Assembly: GCF_006345805.1 (NCBI RefSeq)
Contig: NC_042998.1
Location: 189,100,001-189,164,000 of the forward strand
From: Octopus sinensis
Lineage: Eukaryota
Direction: 5' to 3'
Length of the DNA: 64,000 bases
The position numbers were made by a program, and so were the translations under genes. The notes under the pieces were generated by a model. It had not been told where the DNA came from. It searched no databases and was given only the letters and a program-made list of their open reading frames with translations. Shown in pieces: positions 50,471-64,000 of this stretch. Numbering within the stretch: position 1 is the stretch's first letter; each line of letters starts with the position of its first letter.

Positions 50471-50496
50471 TATATAGATGCATGTGTATATCTATC

Positions 50497-50575
<79 letters not shown>

Positions 50576-53291
50576 TATATATAATATATATATTATAATA
50601 TATATACTATATATATATTATATATATATATATATATAAGCCTGATTCAGTTCCACATGATTTAATGCTTTGTGGCCGTGCAGGACGCGTCCCATCTCGC
50701 CGCTCAAACTAGCTTTGTAAGAACGACTACGACAATGTCAACGAAACCAATGATGACAACGGAGACAACAACGAAAGTGTGTATTTTCGATAAAGCCTAA
50801 ACTGCAAACAGCTAGTCGGTCAGTGGCGGACATGTCAACTCTAAATAGAGCTATAAAACTAACCTTAATATTCGCACTTCGGGCAGAGGTTTTTGTATGG
50901 GAATGGAAATCCTCGTTCCATGCCTTAACTGAATATCAATTAACTTAGGTCACATTAACTGAACACAACAGCCATATTGTTAAAATAACATGATGACGTC
51001 TCATTGCTATTTCTCTTTAATATCACCAATGCTATAAGAAAATAACTATAAATGGAAATTTTAATTTGTTATACTATTTTAATTTATTAAGCAATTTTAT
51101 TTATTTTATTTATTATACTACCCATTCAATATATTACAGTAACACAAGAATGAAAAAAAAGGCAAAGGAAACATCAACTCGAATCAGTTCGTACATCGGG
51201 CAGCCAATCGTAATATACAAGTTTAAATGTAAATTTTGTCACACTTTTACATCAGGCATGTAAGTACGACACTCTATCGTCGGTTGATTAGGCGTTTACG
51301 CAAGAGAAGCATTGCAAAATTAGATAATTGACTATATCATTAGCTGATAACAATAATTTTATATAGGATTCTATGAAAAACAAGAGAATAACCGAGGAAT
51401 TTCCTAAATATAAACTTAAAATCAACATAGTTATACATCACAGGAAAATAAGTCATGAAATCTATCAGGATTTTACTGTTGTAAAATTTTTTACTCTGTG
51501 TGGACGATTTTATATCTTAACAGTATTGCCATTATCCGTTTCTGTTCGTGCGCTCTGCAACCTATTGCAATGCGAGCGAGCAGCATGCTATTAAATCCAT
51601 CAATTCATTTTGATAATGAGACTGAGAAGTATTTAGGAACGCTATTGTTTCATACAAGTATAAAGGATTCAAAAGAAATGCCAAAAAAATAGTAATGTTG
51701 TGGAAGGATTACGACCATCCTTCAAGTGACTAAAAGGTGGATTGACTCATTATTATAAAGTAAAGAACTGTGAGCGATTGGCAGTTCGTGTTGGTAGCAG
51801 TTCACTGTGAGCTTTTGATATAGAGCGTTGGGTCTCGTGTAATAGTAATAGTAGTGCGTCCTGTTTATACTTTCTTCCCCCTTCTTCGTTAAGTATATAT
51901 ATCCAATACAAGTATATAAAACCTAATTAAAAGAAAAACATGAAACTCGAATTAGTCGTATGTTCAAAATAAAATGTCTATAAGAAAAACTTTTTACAGA
52001 AACACATACACGCACACACGCGCGCGCGCATATATATATATATATGTATGTATGCATGTATGTATATATATATATATGTGGGTATGTATGTATGCATGCA
52101 TGCATTTTTGTATGTATGTATGTATGTATGTATGTATGTATTCATGCATGCATTTTTGTATGTATGTATGTATGTATGGCGATGGTAGTCTCCCGTGGTC
52201 CGAGAAAAACGATTCTGTTATTTCTTACCGAACATCCTTCACAAATTATTTGTCTATAGTGATCAAATGTTCGTGTTGTACATTAGCTCACTCACCGAAA
52301 CCTTCCACTTCTGAAGCATGCTAACGGAAAAGCGTCTATAGAGGCATAGAAAGGTAGATGTGGAAGTACCTCTTCGATATAGTTTTGTTTTAAAGAGCGG
52401 AATAATAAAGAATCTAGAATCGATCGCCTCTCAGATTAAGATTCAATAATGCTTCTTCACTTGCGAATTGGCGTAAACTCGTAGTTTGCGTTTCTAAGTG
52501 TCTTTCCGGCTGACCTGCGAGAAAACAGGTCAAACTTACAAATATTTGCAGATCTACGATCGCCTAGAATACAATGAACACAATACAATACTCTTCTCTG
52601 ATCTCATAAAGCAGCTTGGTGACTTTATACTTAGTTTGAATGTTATCACATTCCTCGTTGCTGTGTAAAACACGTAAGGTTAAAAAACGAAAGCAGTAGT
52701 GTTTACTTATAAATTAAATCTCTATTACGTTTCAGTAAGTTCTCTTTAAAAATCGCCAATCAGAAGCATATTATAGATTACTTCGTAGCTTGTTGCTGGA
52801 ACTACAGAAGCACTCAACACAGAAACCAGAATAAAATATATGTATCCTGCATGAATTATTCAACAGATTATTTTACTCGTTAAGTATAAGGATGCATGCA
52901 CTTAAGTACAGGTCTACGATGACACTGAAAGTAGTAAGATGTTTATCTACAATCAATTGTTTTCATGCTCTACTAGACCTCGCTCAATGCAAGATTCGCT
53001 GCAAACATAGAAAGACTAACAAACACCACCATCGCACCATATAGGACGTTCTCTAGAACGTATACAACTCTAACAAGATGTAGCTCACGGACGGGCACCC
53101 TTTCAATAAGATGCTACGTTTCAGAGTTTCAGTCGTAATGAAACCTAGAAAAGACAACCAATAAGCACAATAATGATCTACAGGTGGTGTTTATTAATGT
53201 AACCAAAGTATTTTGATTCTGGTTACACGGGTTCATTTTGTATTGTCCAAGCTAGAAATTTGGGATAAAATCATTTGAATCAATAGATCCT

Positions 53292-53522
53292 GTTTCTTTA
53301 CTACCCACAAGGGGCTAAACACAGAGAGGACAAACAAGGACAGACAAATGGATTAAGTCGATTATATCGACCCCAGTGCGTAACTGGTACTTATTTAATC
53401 GACCCCGAAAGGATGAAAGGCAAAGTCGACCTCGGCGGAATTTGAACTCAGAACGTAGCGGCAGACAAAATACCGCTAAGCATTTCGCCCGGCGTTCTAC
53501 CGTTTCTGCCAGCTCGCCGCCT
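53292..53522 (-). mobile_element. SINE family B, full length
   Basis: TSD AATCAATAGATCCT on both sides. Confidence 0.95.
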
Positions 53523-54889
53523 TCAAGAAATCAATAGATCCTACCACGAAGAAATGGTAACCAATGTTTAACTCTAATAAAGATTACTTTTGGCTCAATG
53601 TTCTTTGTACCGTTCATGACTAAGTAAATGTCTGCATTTTGTAATCTTCATCGATGTACTTTTTAACAAAGTGCAAGCAATAATTAACAATTAACAATTT
53701 ACTGTTTGATATACTTACATTTGTGGCGAACATGTGGTACTTCTTTGATTGCTTAATTTCTGCAGTCAATGCTATGGAACTTTTTGTCAGTAAACGAGAA
53801 ATAGATTTACTTTGTCTGGAATTGGATGCATTGCAAGTCGGTCCATCATTGTACATCGATTACTGATGGACGAACTTTTGACGACAAGCTACTGATATTT
53901 ATAACTGAACCCCGCAGAGTTTTTGCAACGGTTTTATCAATATACGTGTGTGTGTACATACGTATGTATGTATGTATGTCTTATTTTTTAACATAATTCT
54001 GCGGAGATCTTAAATTATGTAATGTAAAGATTACAAATCTACGTATAGTTGGCAGTCTGTACTCCACTTCCACCTTTACTAATTGGTGTTATGACTTCTA
54101 ACATTATTGGCAGTACTTCTGGTAGAGTATTTTGAAGGTTAAACAAAGTTGACTCTGGAGGATTTTTGGAAAAGAACTAAGCCGACTGATTTTGAAGGCA
54201 ATTCTGCGCCAAGACTGCTTATTGTTTCCTTTTTGTTGATTTTTTATTCTCTTGTTGTTGTTTTTTGTTTTTTGTGGGGTTTTTTGTTTTTGTTTTTTTT
54301 TTCTCTTTGAATTTTGTCTTAAACTGTTCTAAGAAACATTTCACTGAAAAAAAAATGTGTTGCTCCTTCTTTGGCTGGTCGGAGAAATTCTACAGCTTTT
54401 TAAATAGACATCAAATCTGGGATGAGTTGTACGTGTACATGTCATTTGGATGTAGAACTAGCTCGATTCTCTCAGTTCAAAGCTACAGTTTCACGTACGT
54501 AACAAAATATAGCCTTTAGGTTTAACGATATCTGCTTGCCGGCTGCAAGATCATTTTTTTTAGTTCCTCCTTATATGAATGTGTCAGTGAAGTACGCATA
54601 ATTCTTACTTTCATTTTTTTTCATTTTCAGTCTGTATGAGTGATGGGTGGATTTGTGATTTAACAACATTTCAAAATTTTCGTCTTGAGAATTCGTCTAC
54701 TTCATGGAATAGCGTAAGATTTGTTAGTTTTAAGACTTAAGAGTATTGTTTTGGTTGTAATATTATAAGGATTAATCTGTGCACTTGTTTGAAGAAATGC
54801 TACGAAGCTTGGTTTGAACACATAACACCGCTGGTGAAAGCAAAACAGCATTTTGCCTAAGATTTTATTTGATTGGTGTCTATTATTTT

Positions 54890-55111
54890 TTTGTTCTACT
54901 CTAGGCACAAGGCCTGAAATTTTGGGGAGAGGGGGGCTAGTCGATTCAGATCGACCCCAGTACGCAACTGGTACCTAATTTATCGACCTCGAAAGGATGG
55001 ATGAAAGGCAAAGTCGACCTCGGCGGAATTTGAACTCAGAACATAAAGATAGACGAAATACTGCTAAGCATTTCGCCCGGCGTGCTAACGATCCTGCCAG
55101 CTCGCCGCCTT
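54890..55111 (-). mobile_element. B2-type SINE, full length
   Basis: TSD-like TTTGA(T/C)TGGTGTCTATT(A/G)TT on both sides. Confidence 0.92.
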
Positions 55112-55519
55112 TGACTGGTGTCTATTGTTATTGTATTGACTGAGGCTTTTCTTTTGAAAGCGTTTATTTACTTTTGATTTTTAATTATTTTGCGGTTTCG
55201 TTCTGGATAGGCGTATTGCTAACAATATTTACGAGGATGCCCTTCTTGCTCTGCGGCTATCGGCACCTAAAGACATTTCGCTGTTCTTCATAGTTGCATT
55301 AATCTTTTATTGACGCCAATATAATTTTTGTTCTTTGAGAAAATTTCTTTTTCTCTCTGTATTTTGGACATTTTATCGTTTGTGTAGGTATATCTGTTTC
55401 TCAGGATAGTTTATGACTGGATAATGATCTCGTTTTCTATCTTAAACACTTATACATATATACGGGTGTATATGGGTGTGCGTGAGTGTTGTGTATGTGC
55501 GTCTGTGTCTGTATATCTA

Positions 55520-55561
55520 CGTAGTAGTAGTAGCAGCAGCAGCAGCAGCAGCAGCAGTAGC

Positions 55562-55605
<44 letters not shown>

Positions 55606-55645
55606 CAGCAGTAGTATCAGCAGTAGTAGTAGTAGTAGTAGTAAA
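55520..55645. repeat. (AGT)n/(AGC)n trinucleotide repeat
   Basis: Direct reading. Confidence 0.95.
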
Positions 55646-55741
55646 TTAGTGATGCAATTGACTTACCCCTGCCCCAAAATTTCAGGCCCTGTGCCTATTA
55701 TAGAAAGACTTATCGTCATTATTGTCGTCGTCGTCGTCGTC

Positions 55742-55782
<41 letters not shown>

Positions 55783-55786
55783 AATG

Positions 55787-55825
<39 letters not shown>

Positions 55826-55844
55826 TATATACAAATTCATTTAG

Positions 55845-55890
55845 TTCACGGACCACCAGGGGTCCGCTGACCACAGGTTGGGAACCACTG
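55845..55890. mobile_element. Terminal fragment of a Charlie-type hAT element
   Basis: GGTCCGCTGACCACAGGTTGGGAACCACTG; the reverse complement begins CAGTGGTTCCCAAC, a recalled Charlie-like TIR. The partner end was not seen. Confidence 0.6.
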
Positions 55891-56197
55891 ATCTAATGCT
55901 TTAAGATCTGTAGTGTATTTTTAATGCTTTTTGCTCATGTTCTTCTTTATTATCTAATACAGTGCATCGATTATTATTGTACTATTTTTGTTCTTATAAC
56001 TCACATCGTGCTTATTTCCATTTCAAGGCCTTGTAATTTGATAGCGTCCCAACTTCCTTCCGGGTGACGTTTTAACCGGAAGAGACCGAGTGTCTGCATT
56101 GTTATTATGCCAATATTAGAAATGTTTATTGTATTTATTGTTATATCGTTGTGACTGTTGTTACTGTAGCTGTTTTGTTGTTATTGTTGTTACTTCG

Positions 56198-56400
56198 AGC
56201 CGGCAGACACGTTTAGTACGCCGGACAAATTTCTTAGAAGCATTTCATCCGTCTCTACGCTCTGAGTTCAAATGCCGCCGAGGTCGACTTTGTCTTTCCC
56301 GCTTTCGGATTCGATGGAATAAGTACCAGTTGAGCACTGGAGTTGATGAAGTCTACTAGCGCCCTCCCAAAAAATTTTCTGATTTTGTACCTATTGTAGA
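56198..56400 (+). mobile_element. Diverged B2-type SINE
   Basis: GAGCCGGCAGACACGTTAG..GAGTTCAAATGCCGCCGAGGTCGACTTTG..GATTTTGTACCTATTGTAGAAAG. Confidence 0.85.
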
Positions 56401-56410
56401 AAGAATCATC

Positions 56411-56442
<32 letters not shown>

Positions 56443-56793
56443 CTTTATCATTATCATCCATAATCTGGTTAGTACTTCGTCTCTGGTGCTCTATATCTAT
56501 ACCTTCTTTGATTATCGGTATAGAGAGTCGTGTCAAACATTTGTCGTTTTTACATCATCATCTTATTATGGCAATGTTTTTTCTTTGAGATCAGGACATT
56601 GTAACTAAGGTTCGTAGCTCTTAAAACTCTTAGTATATTTATGTGCAAAATGTGTTTTTTTTAATTACCACAAATGACTATGGACATTTCGGGCCACTGT
56701 AATTGAACCTCAATTCATAATAGGTTGAAAAAATTCATAGATTAATAAGTAAACTTATAAAATAATTATCATGGTAAATAAGATTAATCATAT

Positions 56794-59315
56794 TGTTGTA
56801 AGGAATTAGTAATAATGGTACACCCCTCCCACGTGACGAGTGGAATGTCACAGTCACTATAAGTAAGCTGACGTCGGCAAGTATCGACAGAGTAGGAGGA
56901 GTACAAGAGTACGTGTAGACTATGTTGATAGTCGTGTTTGTGCTGATATAGTAATTATACTGTGATAGTGAGTGAACGTTATAACGATCCAACCTTTTGA
57001 AGATAACAACTCTGTACGACTGCGGGTGAGGGGGAGTGTCGTACAGTGCCAGATAGAAATATCTTATCGACGACTTCGGAATATAACAATATCTATCAGA
57101 GTGACAGCCGTCGTAAAAAGACAGATATAACAGTTACGATGAAGATAAACCAATTCACATAGAGCTAATAGAAACTCGTAGAGGAGTTAACAAACTCACA
57201 AAGTTTTTGTTACGAAAAGTTGTTATTGAAGATTTATTGGCCGGTCTGCTTGAGTTACAAAAACACCAACAACAGCTGAAAGAAGAACAACAACAACTGC
57301 AGATACAACAGCAGAAGCAACAACAACAACAATTAATATTACAACAACAAATACTGCAATTACTGAAGTCATCAGGAAAGCCAGTAAAAGTGTTCTCACC
57401 AGACTATGTCGTAAATTCAATAACTGAATTCAAATACGAACCTGACGAAGCTGTCACCTTCGAAGTATACTACAGAAGATATGAGCAAATCTTCGAGAAA
57501 GAATATAAAGACTGGGACGACGAGATCAAAACTCAATCTTGAGAAAACTGGCGCCAACAGAACACGAGCGGTACAGTAATTTTGTACTCCCATGAAAACC
57601 GTCTGACGTAAAGTTTAATGACACAATAGATACATTGTGTAAGATTTTCAGTGAAAAAAGCTCCTTGTTCAACACAGGATGGAAGTATCTGAACATAGAG
57701 GGAAAATAGTTACGAGGACAACGTCAAATATGCTGGTAGAATAAACATGGAATGCGAGAAGTTTAAGCTGGACGAATCAACTCCAGATATTTTCAAATGA
57801 CTCAATTTTACTGAGGGATTTCCTGCCGAAAAGGATGCAGAAGTTAGAACTAGAATTCTCGCAAAGCTGGAACAAAGCCAGGATGTAACCCTGCAAAAAG
57901 CGTCTGAAGAACGTAAAGATTGTTTCCAAGTAAGACTAGTGCGGAATAGTCTGAATAGAGATAAAATGTTCTGTAAAAAACACGTCAAGCATCAGGATAT
58001 AAACCCATGTTTTACATGTGGTAGTATACACCCGAGGAAAAACTGTCCATTTATAAAAGCGGAGTGTTTTCGTTGTGGAAATATAGGACATATAAAGTTG
58101 CACTGTAGAACGAAGATGATAAAACGCCAGAACAACGAGAAAAAATGTCATTTGTCAACGAAAAAAAGAGTAAAACAACGAACAGGAAATTCGTAAATGT
58201 AAAAATTAAAAAAACAAATGTAAAATTGAAGTTCGACTCGAGTAGTGATATGACTATTATGAACGAAACAAAAGTGGAAATATGTCGGTAAGCCGAAATT
58301 AATTAAATTTAAAAAGGTAACAAATGGTATTTCGGGGGGGAAAAAAGACTATATTTTATCGGTAAATGCATATGTACCGTAAGATTTCGAGGTCAAACGA
58401 AAAAGGCTAAAATATATGTATTGAAATATTCATTTTAATTTATTCGGTACAGAGTGGATACAACTATGTAATTTATGGGATACACCCGGAAGTGTTTTGT
58501 GTAGAAATATAGTCGCCTCAGTCGAAGGTTCAAATGAGGCCAAAAGACTGAAACAAAAAATTGCAGTAAAACACGAAACACCTATATGTAGGCCAAAAGG
58601 AAATGTACCGTTTGCTGCCAATAGATTGGGTTAACAAAGAACCGGAAAGACTGGAAAGTTTTGATATAACTGAAAAGAATAACCACTCAGACTGGGCAAC
58701 GCCGACAGTTTACGTGAAAAAGAATTACAAACGAAGTGTTTGTACAGATTCTTCAAGAAGGGTGAACGATTTTTAAGTCGCACGTGCTCACATTTGTTAA
58801 AAAATTAACACATACCATGGCTTATAGTAAATTTAAGCGGCTTCTCTTTGGTATAGAGGTAAAATGTGAAATTTTGCTGAAGGAAAAAAACTCAAAAAGG
58901 GAGGTGGGGTGAATAAAAATATTATCGCTAAATAAAGAGATACTTCCCAAGAAAAACCTACAAGGGAAGATGTTATAGGGAACTAGTAATAATGGTATAC
59001 TCCTCCCACGTGGCAAGTAGAATGACCTAGTGACTATAAGTAAGGGGGCGTCGGCCAGCATCGACAGAGTAAAAGGGGACGGGTAGACTGTATTGATAGT
59101 CGTGTTTTTAATGCATCAGTAACACCCCCACCCTGTCCCTAGCCACATTCAGATGGCTGATCCCCCTTAAGTAATCATACTGTTATACCGAATGGATATT
59201 ATCACAATCCAACCTTTTGAGGATAACATTGTGCGACTAGGAGTTGTACAGTGCCAGATAGAAACATCCTGTCGACGTCTTTAGAATATAATAATATTTG
59301 TCTGAGCGACAGACT
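56794..59315 (+). mobile_element. Internally deleted Ty3/Gypsy LTR retrotransposon
   Basis: 5' LTR 56794 (TGTTGT)-57132 (AACA); 3' LTR from 58971 (TGTTAT) preceded by the purine tract CAAGGGAAGA. Interior: gag, zinc knuckle CFRCGNIGHIKLHC, protease-like VKLKFDSSSD, RT start DWATPTVYVKK; the rest of pol is missing. Confidence 0.9.
57140..58780 (+). pseudogene. Gypsy gag-protease-partial RT, frameshifted
   Basis: FSPDYVVNSITEFKYEPDEAVTFEVYYRRYEQIF (57207-57542 ORF); CFTCGSIHPRKNCP..CFRCGNIGHIKLHC (57939-58196 ORF); PICRPKGNVPFAA; SDWATPTVYV. Confidence 0.88.
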
Positions 59316-59650
59316 CTCAGACTGGTGGAATCAGTGTGTCTGAGGTAGAATGTAAACATCTGTATGCTGATATTTTTTCCCCGCGTCGGTTGTTACCTGT
59401 CTGAACACTACATCTTTCAAAATTCCATGTTTCTGAAACTCGACAACACTACCCCTGACGAACTTGTCTCCCTGTCCCTTTATGGCTCTTTTACTGTTCA
59501 TTCTTATGTCTGTTTTTAGATTTAATCTGTGTACTGTGCATGCATTTTTGGCCACCATTAATGTCTTTATTTAAGGTATTACTGTTTTCTGTTCCTTCTT
59601 TTACCCTTTTCCGGCGAACTGTAATCAACCTGAGCACTGCATACAATAAG

Positions 59651-59712
<62 letters not shown>

Positions 59713-60061
59713 CAGCAGCAGCAGCCGTCCAAGAATTTGAACCTGGAGATCTCTATTTCCAGCGACTTCGAGGGCCACCGCCCAGTGGTGTCGGGCGTCA
59801 ACGAAGAGCCCTCAACTACAACAAGACGACCAAAGTTTTTTTTTTTTTTTTTTTTTCGAAGGTCTGGGGTCTCCTGCCCCTAAGCCCTAGACCATCACCC
59901 TTATGCGTCTTGTTGCTTAACAACAACAGCTGAAGCAGCAGCAGCAGCATAATCATATTAGCAGAAATCGTAGACGAAGAGGAGGGGAAATTCTATTGAT
60001 AGGAATATAATTTCGAACCGAATGGAATTACATTTACATTTGTTTTTACTGCTATTATTTT

Positions 60062-60120
60062 ATAGAAGCCATCTTATCATGGCTAACCACATTGGGGAGG
60101 GGGTGTTACTGTAGCTTTAT
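60062..60120 (+). mobile_element. Internal fragment of the 36012-type Helitron-like family
   Basis: GCCATCTTATCATGGCTAACCACATTGGGGAGGGGGTGTTACTGTAGCTTT matches 36091-36145. Confidence 0.7.
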
Positions 60121-61801
60121 AGCCCCAAGAGATCTTCGTCTCTAGCTGGCTTTAGACACAATATCAGTGTCCTTGGAGTATTTGCAAAGGGAGGCCATCC
60201 CTTCCTCGCAAGCCTGAGTGATACGCTCGAACTAGTTTCGGGATTGTTGTCCCTCGTCAACGGGCGGTAACCCACCAGGTCGCGATGAAAGTGAAGGCTG
60301 CTTTGCAAACATATATAAGTTTTTCTAATGGCGTCTGCCAAAAAAGGTCCAGTCAAACTGCTGATGAAATAAAGTCACCTATATTTTTGCTCACTAAGCA
60401 AACGTGCTAAACGTTTACATGGGAATCTCCTCAATCATATGTCTTATAAATCTGTCGAGTACATACGTTATCCGAATCTGAAACGCTAACAAAGAATCTA
60501 ACAAACAGTTGTGTCAGATGCCTGGTTCCGGTTCAGGTACTAAAATTACTGTCGATGGTTGTTTCTTAACAATGAATAGAATTTTGGCAGTATCCATTAA
60601 TACAATTGTCTTATTGTTTATTCTGAGAGTCATAATTTACAAACAAACACAAATGCACCCCGAAGTGTCCGCACTGAATGGTGAGTCAGTATTCACCAGG
60701 GCTTGATTATTTACCACATCTAAAAAGGAGTCATGTATGAACGCTGCCTAATTTCCTGAAATTCATAGAGACTTTACACTGATATCGAATATTTAATGTT
60801 CAAAACTTACACAAGAATGCTGCAAAAAAATGTTATCCGCTGCCGTAGAAACTCACTGACGCGTGTAACTAAACTTGAGACTGTGATGAAAACGTTATAA
60901 ATTTAAAATGTGTGTCAAGTGGTCATCGCTTCCAGCCGAAATGGCAAAGAAAACCAGGAAGCGTGAAAGTAGCGTTTATTGACCATTATTATTGTTATGC
61001 ACATTGTTGGATATGCTTCAAGAAGCAACCCACAAAGTGAACTGAGCTTGTTTAATTACTGTATTGCATCTTTAGATGGGAAAGTACAAAAGCATGTGGG
61101 GGGGGGGATAGTAAATGTTTGGGTTTGTGTATAAAGTAAAAAGAAAACTAATTGACCTGTTGTAGGAAATAAAACAACTTGCTTATAGCGAGAAAGACGA
61201 TATAACTTCAAATAAGAAAGAATTGGAAGGAAATGCTTGTTTTCCAATACATTCCCATTGCTTATAATAAATTTATCGTGAACTTTTGTTCTTTGTTATA
61301 GCTACCGATAAATATTTAAAATATGAATGGCTTCACTCATCTATTTCTAAAATGGTTGGATACATTTCTTTCTTTCTTCCTTTCTAAAAAAAATTTTGTT
61401 TCGCTGTTTAACGCCATCTTTTATACATATCTATCTGATATTCATAACTGGAATCGGTTTTTATTAACCTTCAAGTAATGAATGATTAATGTTGAAATAA
61501 TGTAGAATCAGGTACTACATAAATAGAATTCGGTAAATTAAAGTCTTCAGAGCGAAGTATTACTAACATTTTCTTGACATCTCCATCAAACAGAAGCCAA
61601 TCCAATATTATCAATTAACCCGTCGCAGATCGTACATAATATTTCGAATTTCCAAATCTCTTTCCTTCTAATACATTGCTTCAACACATAGTGTCTTATT
61701 CGTCTACAGTTTACTACCTATCTATTTTTTTATGCGATTGTTGATGTTTAGCCTATGTTGGGTAGAATCTGTTCTCTTTCTTTTATTCGAAAGAAATACA
61801 T

Positions 61802-62231
61802 GGATCTTTTCGGTTTGAACGGCAGTTTTTTCTAGCAGTGTCATATGTAATTGTCACCCATAATTATGACCCTAGTATCGATCTATTGCGTTTCTATCTG
61901 TTTTAGGGTTAGTTAGGATTAGTTAGCGTTAGGGGTGGAGGGAAGGGTATCTTTTTTTCTACAGAAATGTAAATAAACCCAATCTGTTTCTTAAACGAGG
62001 GACACATTCATACGGCACAGAATGCTTTTTACCTGAATAGACGTCATTGATTGGTTGAAATTGCAGAAATTGAAGAAAAAAATAACAAATATATTACAAA
62101 CTATAGAATTTTCTCAATAAAGCCAAGAGAAAAAGATGTTTTATAAACACATTCTACCAGTATACGAAGTTTAAAATTTTTAAGTTACCTAGAAATTATG
62201 TTAAAAACTGCTGTTCAAACCGAAAAGATCC
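61802..62231. mobile_element. 430-bp MITE with ~30-bp TIRs and an 8-bp TSD
   Basis: GGATCTTTTCGGTTTGAACGGCAGTTTTT / AAAAACTGCTGTTCAAACCGAAAAGATCC; TSD AAATACAT at 61794-61801 and 62232-62239. Confidence 0.92.
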
Positions 62232-64000
62232 AAATACATTACTAGTCGTATTTTATTTAACTGTACTATTAACTACAACATATTTCCTTCTCCCCACCAC
62301 TCTCTCTTTCCTTCTCTCTCTTTCTCTCTCTCTTAATCTTTCTACCGCCCTTCTTTCCTCTCTCTCTCTCGCTCTCTCTCGTTCTTTCTTTCCCTCTCTC
62401 TTCATTCGGGGTATTCTCGAGGAAAGCAATTATTTGTAACGAAGTATTCACAAACTATCACAATTCTTTTTGTTTTGTTTTTTTTTCACTCGATCTCTTC
62501 CAATACAATCCTCCTCTCCTGTCATTCGAATCTTCGGTACACAGAAACCTGTTTCTTCGCTTAGAAATCCTACCCTAGTTCTATGTGTTTCATCATATCA
62601 ATTCTAGCCATTAAAAGATTATCAAACTAATGCTACAAAGAAAACGTCTCTTCGACACACAACTGAATCAGATCCCTAAGCTCAACATTATCAAACTTAT
62701 ATCCATTATCAAACTCGTGTAACAAAATACTGTAATACGTCTTCAAAAATACTTTACAAATATTCAGCACACAGAAAAGTCTTCCAAGTCTAACCAATAA
62801 TTTTTCAACCTAACTTTCATATCCAATAAAGGATCTAGTTTCTTTCATTCGCACAACATGCATTTTTTTAAAAGACAGTAAAAAATCTGAAAATCGGCTT
62901 AAGTTTTTCAGTCTAATTGCTATGAAGGTATGGTTCTGTGGAGAAAAAAATTGGAGGAAAAAGTTACAGGGGTTTAAAAATCGAAAACTGTATTTTTAGC
63001 TAATAGCGATACAGAAATTTTCTGCGTTTAGCAGAGCGGCGTCAACTTTAAGGTTGTACCCTGTGAAATTTATAGTTTAGCGTCTGTGAAATGACCTCTT
63101 CATTGTAGGTTTCTAAATAAACAGAAACACCTAATAAAATCAATATCTATCATCTTACTGTTTCTTTTGTCTCTTCATTGATTGTATGTTTTTTTTTATT
63201 TTTTTTATTTGTTATATTAATATATTTGTCTGCATGTGTTTATTTTATGCGTATTTCAGTATTATGTATACCTGTCATGGATTTATGTACATCATTAATA
63301 TATCAATGCGTGTGTGTGTGTGTGTGAAAAAGGGGTGTCTGTCCCCAAAACTTCAAAGTTGAGTAACGTTTCCATGTCTGGATTTGTTAAGTACGATAAG
63401 AATAACACTGGTCAAAAAAGAATTTGTCCTAAGAAAAAGAATACCTGTATCTTATATGTTTTTGCATGCAGAATTCAAAAATGTCAAATTCACATATTCC
63501 ATTCACCTTCATAATGCCAAGACACAGTATAAACATCGCTAACAACTTTAGCTATATATGAAAAATATGTAAAATATTAAGACAATTGACGAAAAATATC
63601 TATAATAAAATTCTAATTGATAAATATTTATTTTTATTAAAATAAAACACGCAGGCGAAGTAAATCTCGTGGTGTGAAGAATCAACAGATGCGAGTGAAA
63701 CACAACATGCGGTTGTCATGATAACAAGCTGTTAATGCCTCGCTGTCTGTTGATAAAATTACCCAAATTTCCCAACTTTAATTCCAAATAACATCAGATT
63801 CTTTAATTTACGAGATAAAATAATTGGTTGATCGTAATCAAAATTCAGAGTTGCATTGATAAACCAAAATTGAAAGCAATCCGAGCAAAATTAATGGGGG
63901 TCCATTTTGCGAATGACACAGTCTAGTTCCCCAATAAATTTAGAAAAAGATTTTTAAGAAACTAAACGTTCCTTGCGTTTAACCCACAGTCAAAGTATTC

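Noticed and set aside
52720-53150. Two GAAACGTA motifs on the minus strand (~52725 and ~53110)
   Set aside because: No valid CUGANGA core at the right spacing.
53620-53860. Possible exons on either strand (minus-strand donor AAT|GTAAGT; plus-strand acceptor TTTCTGCAG|)
   Set aside because: Single splice-like sites without a matching partner or recognisable protein; expected by chance.

Overview
This is AT-rich, repeat-dominated eukaryotic DNA, most likely from a coleoid cephalopod such as Octopus (inferred from the tRNA-headed SINE families and the very high microsatellite load). No intact host protein-coding gene can be supported, and almost all ORF-track entries are artefacts of micro/minisatellites. 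The window holds a 2.4-kb 14-bp minisatellite, about 30 copies or fragments of tRNA-derived SINEs (called A, B, B2 and C here; many have clear target-site duplications, TSDs), and fossil hAT and DD37D/maT transposases. It also holds CR1, RTE and L1/Tx1 LINE fragments, an internally deleted Ty3/Gypsy element, non-autonomous Helitron-like elements and two MITEs. The most striking signal is a set of eight clear and one degenerate minimal type-I hammerhead-ribozyme motifs with palindromic stem III. They sit in short elements that mostly end in (TA)n, two of the loci are foldbacks, and they include recurrent U4C and compensatory U3-A8 core variants. This looks like a population of non-autonomous, ribozyme-bearing Penelope-like (retrozyme-like) elements. 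All motifs were read by eye; no folding, alignment or database search was run.
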